A stretch of 18,404 nucleotides of DNA from a virus, in the UHGV virus genome UHGV-0256895; one strand, 5' to 3'. The notes under the pieces were generated by a model that was given only the letters and a program-made list of their open reading frames with translations, ran no database searches and was not told the DNA's origin. Shown here piece after piece: positions 15,476 through 18,404 of the stretch (the first letter of the stretch is position 1; each line of letters opens with the position of its first letter). Made by a program: the position numbers and the translations under genes.

Positions 15476-16068
15476 TCAGCGGCTATCATTGCGCAGTCTG
15501 CGCTCCAGCTGCTGTTTGTCTTTTTTCACGCCACAGCGGGGATCGAGCTGTAACGCATGGTTGAGATGATTAAGGGCGGAAGCCGGATTACTTTCACTCA
15601 GGACAGCGCCAATCGCTTTATGCAGACGCGCCCGTGACTGGTCCGGCATATCCAGACCGTCTGTCAGCTCCAGCGTCTGCAGCAGCAGATCGACATCAAA
15701 GCCGGTAGTGGCAAGCATTGCGCTCTGCGCTGCGTCTGCCATTTCCTCTGCCAGCACGGTCTGCACGTTGCGGTTACCCAGCGGCATCACCCAGCCATGA
15801 CGCAGGGCATGACGCCCGATCTCCAGCGCTCCGACATAATCTCCGGCATCAATGCGCCACAGCATCACGTACATCAGCACGTCATCCTGTTGAGCGCCTC
15901 CGGCAGCCAGGACACCCTCCGCCCAGGCGGCGTATTTCGGCAGCAGCTCCACCTTGATTTCCGCTTTTTTGACCGTGGACTGAACGCCCTTGAGACGGCG
16001 GCGGTCTTCTGCCAGTTGCAGCAGCATCAGGTCATAGCCCGACGCGTGGCGAACGCTGCGCGCTGCTG
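15476..16068 (-). pseudogene. M: Terminase small (endonuclease) subunit gpM body; first 18 codons are separated from it by the N/M inversion
   Basis: Minus frame ..SAARSVRHASGYDLMLLQLAEDRRRLKGVQSTVKKAEIKVELLPKY.. is gpM-like from 16068 down to the stop at 15476 but has an in-frame stop just upstream of 16069; the native start (MSLSPARQHRLRVQAECQ) lies on the plus strand at 16276..16329. The track ORF starts at the internal Met 16027. Confidence 0.7.
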
Positions 16069-16272
16069 ATCACCCGTCTGGATAACCTGTCCATTTACTG
16101 GCAGGAAGACACCCGCCGCCGTTCGGTTATCGACAACCCGAAACGTGACCGGATTGAAAATTTTGAATCCGTTAACGAAGCCTATGTGGTTGAGGACTAC
16201 CGCTGCGCCGCACTGGTGGAAAACATCCAGATTGGCGACTTCAGCGCCGCCGCAGCAGAAACCGGAGCGTAA
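16069..16272 (+). other. N: Displaced C-terminal 67 codons of capsid gene N, on the opposite strand
   Basis: Plus frame ITRLDNLSIYWQEDTRRRSVIDNPKRDRIENFESVNEAYVVEDYRCAALVENIQIGDFSAAAAETGA* matches the remembered C-terminus of P2 gpN; the frame is open without a start codon and is absent from the track. Confidence 0.7.
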
Positions 16273-17047
16273 ACCATGAGCCTGAGTCCCGCACGGCAGC
16301 ATCGCCTGCGCGTTCAGGCTGAATGTCAGACAGCAGCTCACGACCGCAAATCACCACCAGATCGTCATCGTCCTGGTAGACCACGTCGATAAGCTCATTG
16401 ACCGCATCCATCACCACGGCGTCCAGGTTGGCATATTCGCCACCTTTCCCGACTTTCACCGCACCCGGTGTGGTTTCACCGCCCGTGGTGGTGCTGCCCA
16501 TGACGTGATCCGGTGCATCCTCACGGATTTTCTGCAGCCAGCCTTTGTTCACATCCTGCAGCAGCGGGTTTTCGCTACGGTTGGAGGTTTTCGCACGCTT
16601 CACGCCGTTAAAGCCGATCATGATGCGGTCCAGTGCCTGGCGTTTCACGATGGCGTCACGGATACGCACCTGGAAATCCTGAAACTTCGCCCACAGGTCC
16701 AGCTTCGCGTAGGTCAGCACCGTGTCAAAGTTGGTCTGTTCGCATTTGTATTCCACATCGATCATCAGCGTCGGATCGACAGGTTCACGCTCTTTCGCGG
16801 TGGTGTCAGTGGTTCCGGCAATGGTGCTGCCAACACCCAATCCAAGCAGCTGACCGGACTGCTCAGTCACTGGCGTGACGTTAATCAGCGTCAGGAAAGC
16901 GGCGGACTGCTGGATCTGGTCTTCCAGCGTCTGCTGCACAGACGGCTCTACGGTGAACTTGCTGGACAGTTCCTCAACTGCCACACCGTTCAGACGCGCC
17001 AGTTGCTGCAGGTAAGCGTTAAAAGCAAAACGGGTATTCTTCTTCAT
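16241..17047 (-). pseudogene. N: Major capsid protein gene N, N-terminal 239 codons intact; C-terminus displaced by the inversion
   Basis: Track ORF 268 aa; MKKNTRFAFNAYLQQLARLNGVAVEELSSKFTVEPSV...LVVICGRELL is gpN-like to about 16331; the last 29 codons (SDIQPERAGDAAVRDSGSWFTLRFLLRRR) are antisense of the displaced M start and N end. Confidence 0.8.
16276..16329 (+). other. M: Displaced first 18 codons of terminase small subunit gene M, on the opposite strand
   Basis: ATG 3 nt after the displaced N stop, MSLSPARQHRLRVQAECQ, resembling the gpM N-terminus; joins in frame to the minus-strand M body through the inverted repeat when the segment is re-inverted. Confidence 0.6.
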
Positions 17048-17063
17048 TGGGTTTTATGCTCCA

Positions 17064-17807
17064 TCAGCAATTGGTCAGAGTGTCAGCGGGGGCGTTGCCG
17101 CCTGTTGCACGCTGGCGGTAGTCCTGGCGGCTGTCTTCATGACTCAGCTTATCCACCAGTTCGTTAAAGGCGGTTTGCTGCTCCTGCAGAGCAGTCTCCA
17201 GCTCAGACAGGCGTTCTTCCTGCTCAGACAGGGATTTTTCGGTGCGCGTGCTCAGGTTCTGCTGCTCAGTGGCGACCAGTTCCACGGCCTTATGCACATC
17301 AGAGAACCGGACGTCATCGGACTGCTCTTTTTTGGTAAACAGCGCCGTGACGCGGGCAAACAGGGACGGCTTGTCCTCCTGGATTTCTTCCAGTTCGATC
17401 ACCGTTTCCTCTGCAGCGGTAAAAAGATTGGCAGGATTCTGCTTGCGGTTTGCCAGCGGGTTATGGGCTGCACTGGCGCTGAATGTCAGCATTTCCGTAC
17501 CCAGACTGGCGGGATCATCAGTGGCAGCCAGGCCGACCAGGTAGGCTTTGCCCGTATCAGCAAACTTCGGGCTGACTTCCATAGAGGTGAATAATTTCTG
17601 GCCTTTTTTCACCAGTTCCACCAGGGACTCCGTTGGCTCAACGTCGGCATACAGTGCCATCTTGCCTGCCAGCGGACCTTCCGCGATTTCTTCAGCAAAC
17701 CCTGCGGTTTGTGTGGTTGTCGGTACAAATACCGCGCATTGTTTCACTGCCCCCATCACCGCAACCATAAGGCTCCAGTAAGTTTTTTCTAACGGAGCAC
17801 GGCTCAT
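17064..17807 (-). CDS. O: Capsid scaffold protein gpO (body); native 5' end uncertain
   Basis: Track ORF 17064..18029; from about residue 108 (..GFAEEIAEGPLAGKMALYADVEPTESLVELVKKGQKLFTSMEVSPKFADTGKAYLVGLAATDDPASLGTE...TGGNAPADTLTNC) it is clearly gpO-like. Upstream of about 17710 similarity is lost; the first 74 codons of the track ORF are antisense of terminase P. Confidence 0.7.
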   Translation of the reverse strand: MSRAPLEKTYWSLMVAVMGAVKQCAVFVPTTTQTAGFAEEIAEGPLAGKMALYADVEPTESLVELVKKGQKLFTSMEVSPKFADTGKAYLVGLAATDDPASLGTEMLTFSASAAHNPLANRKQNPANLFTAAEETVIELEEIQEDKPSLFARVTALFTKKEQSDDVRFSDVHKAVELVATEQQNLSTRTEKSLSEQEERLSELETALQEQQTAFNELVDKLSHEDSRQDYRQRATGGNAPADTLTNC

Positions 17808-17853
17808 GACAGTGAAAGCAAAGCGTTTTCGCATCGGGGTGGAAGGTGCCACT
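17806..17853 (+). other. O: gpO N-terminal motif encoded on the opposite strand (possible third inverted fragment)
   Basis: Plus ATG 17806: MTVKAKRFRIGVEGAT matches the gpO N-terminus as I remember it (MAKKVSKFFRIGVEGDT); after codon 16 similarity ends. The 52-codon frame (to 17964) is too short for the track. Confidence 0.45.
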
Positions 17854-17921
17854 AGAAAGTTGCAACCGTTCACAGCTGGAAAAAACGCGACAAGTGGGGT
17901 GACTATGGGCCGCTGGATCAG

Positions 17922-18404
17922 ATGCAGCTCACCACCGCCGCCCGCTACTGCCAGCTCATTATGAAGGAGCACAAAGAAGGGAAAGATTTCAAAGAAATTG
18001 ACCTGCTGGCGCGCCAGTCGGAGCGCCACGCGCGGATCGGCAAGTTTAACAATGGCGGCAACGAAGCCGACTTAAACCCTAACGTCGCCAACCGCAACAA
18101 AGGGCCGCGCCGTCAGCCGGAAAAGAATGTTTTCACCGATGAACAGATTGAGAAGCTGGAAGAAATCTTCCATTCCTCCATGTTCAACTACCAGCGCCAC
18201 TGGTGGGAAGCCGGAAAAACCAATCGCATCCGCAACCTGCTGAAGTCTCGCCAGATCGGCGCGACCTTTTACTTTGCCCGTGAAGCCCTGATTGACGCCC
18301 TGCTGACCGGACGTAACCAGATTTTCCTTTCCGCCAGTAAGGCACAGGCCCACGTCTTTAAGCAGTACATCATCGACTTCGCCAAAGAAGTCGAGGTGGA
18401 GCTG
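17922..18404 (+). CDS. P: Terminase large (ATPase) subunit gpP, N-terminal part; runs off the window edge
   Basis: Plus frame open from 17856 to the window end; first ATG 17922 ([20 protein letters not shown]...); contains a Walker-A-like ..[40 protein letters not shown].. Not in the track because it lacks a stop in the window. Confidence 0.75.
   Translation, partial: MQLTTAARYCQLIMKEHKEGKDFKEIDLLARQSERHARIGKFNNGGNEADLNPNVANRNKGPRRQPEKNVFTDEQIEKLEEIFHSSMFNYQRHWWEAGKTNRIRNLLKSRQIGATFYFAREALIDALLTGRNQIFLSASKAQAHVFKQYIIDFAKEVEVEL

Larger units (their letters stand above)
16069..16330. other. 262 bp inverted segment bounded by 7 bp inverted repeats (GCTGCTG at 16062..16068, CAGCAGC at 16331..16337)
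   Basis: Re-inverting the segment in silico gives minus-strand ..VVICGRELL|ITRLDNLSIYWQED...AAAETGA* (complete N), then taa-acc-ATG and MSLSPARQHRLRVQAECQTAA|RSVRHASGYDLMLLQ.. (complete M), both junctions exactly in frame. Confidence 0.8.
1..18404 (-). mobile_element. P2-family (Peduovirus-like) prophage, late morphogenesis and lysis region; window is entirely phage
   Basis: Conserved P2 gene order and protein similarity across the window (D,U,T,E,FII,FI,H,I,J,W,V,S,R,lysB,K,X,L,M,N,O,P) as judged from the ORF translations; no host genes seen. Confidence 0.85.

Noticed and set aside
16027-16341. Minus-strand 104 aa ORF, and a minus-frame peptide MDRLSRRVISSAQR that I first took for a frameshifted M N-terminus
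   Set aside because: Both are antisense of the displaced N C-terminal fragment. The true M N-terminus (MSLSPARQHRLRVQAECQ) is on the plus strand at 16276..16329, and the inversion model explains everything without invoking a frameshift.
16505-17167. Plus-strand 220 aa ORF
   Set aside because: Antisense to the well-supported capsid gene N and part of O.
17710-17727. TGT-N12-ACA motif inside the O coding region
   Set aside because: The motif is expected by chance several times in 18 kb, and this copy is not at a sensible distance from any start codon.
1-18404. CRISPR arrays, tRNA/rRNA genes, integrase or attachment sites, insertion sequences
   Set aside because: No spaced direct repeats, no cloverleaf-like or rRNA-like sequence, and no integrase or transposase-like ORFs were seen; the window appears to lie wholly inside the prophage late region.

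Overview
The whole 18.4 kb window is the late (virion morphogenesis and lysis) region of a P2-family temperate phage or prophage from a roughly 55% GC enterobacterial host, in reverse orientation to the standard P2 map. On the minus strand it reads O-N-M-L-X-holin-K-lysB-lysC-R-S | V-W-J-I-H-Tfa | invertase | FI-FII-E/E'-T-U-D, with terminase P on the plus strand at the right edge. Gene identities rest on my reading of the translated ORFs against remembered P2 proteins; no database search was possible. Four things stand out. (1) A 0.53 kb AT-rich cargo ORF of unknown function sits on the opposite strand between tail genes S and V, the position of the P2 orf30 moron, and is the best candidate for an undescribed accessory or defence gene. 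(2) A 262 bp segment flanked by 7 bp inverted repeats is inverted across the N/M junction, splitting the capsid gene N and the small terminase gene M; re-inverting it in silico restores both reading frames exactly. (3) The sheath gene FI carries an inverted internal segment bounded by a perfect 80 bp inverted repeat and is a pseudogene as assembled. (4) The first 16 codons of scaffold gene O lie on the opposite strand, which may be a third local inversion. These rearrangements mean either a decaying, non-inducible prophage or assembly artefacts, and raw reads should settle it. The window also holds a complete Gin/Pin/Cin-type invertible tail-fibre host-range switch with both crossover sites identifiable, the E/E' -1 frameshift site, and a pinholin/SAR-endolysin/spanin lysis cassette.
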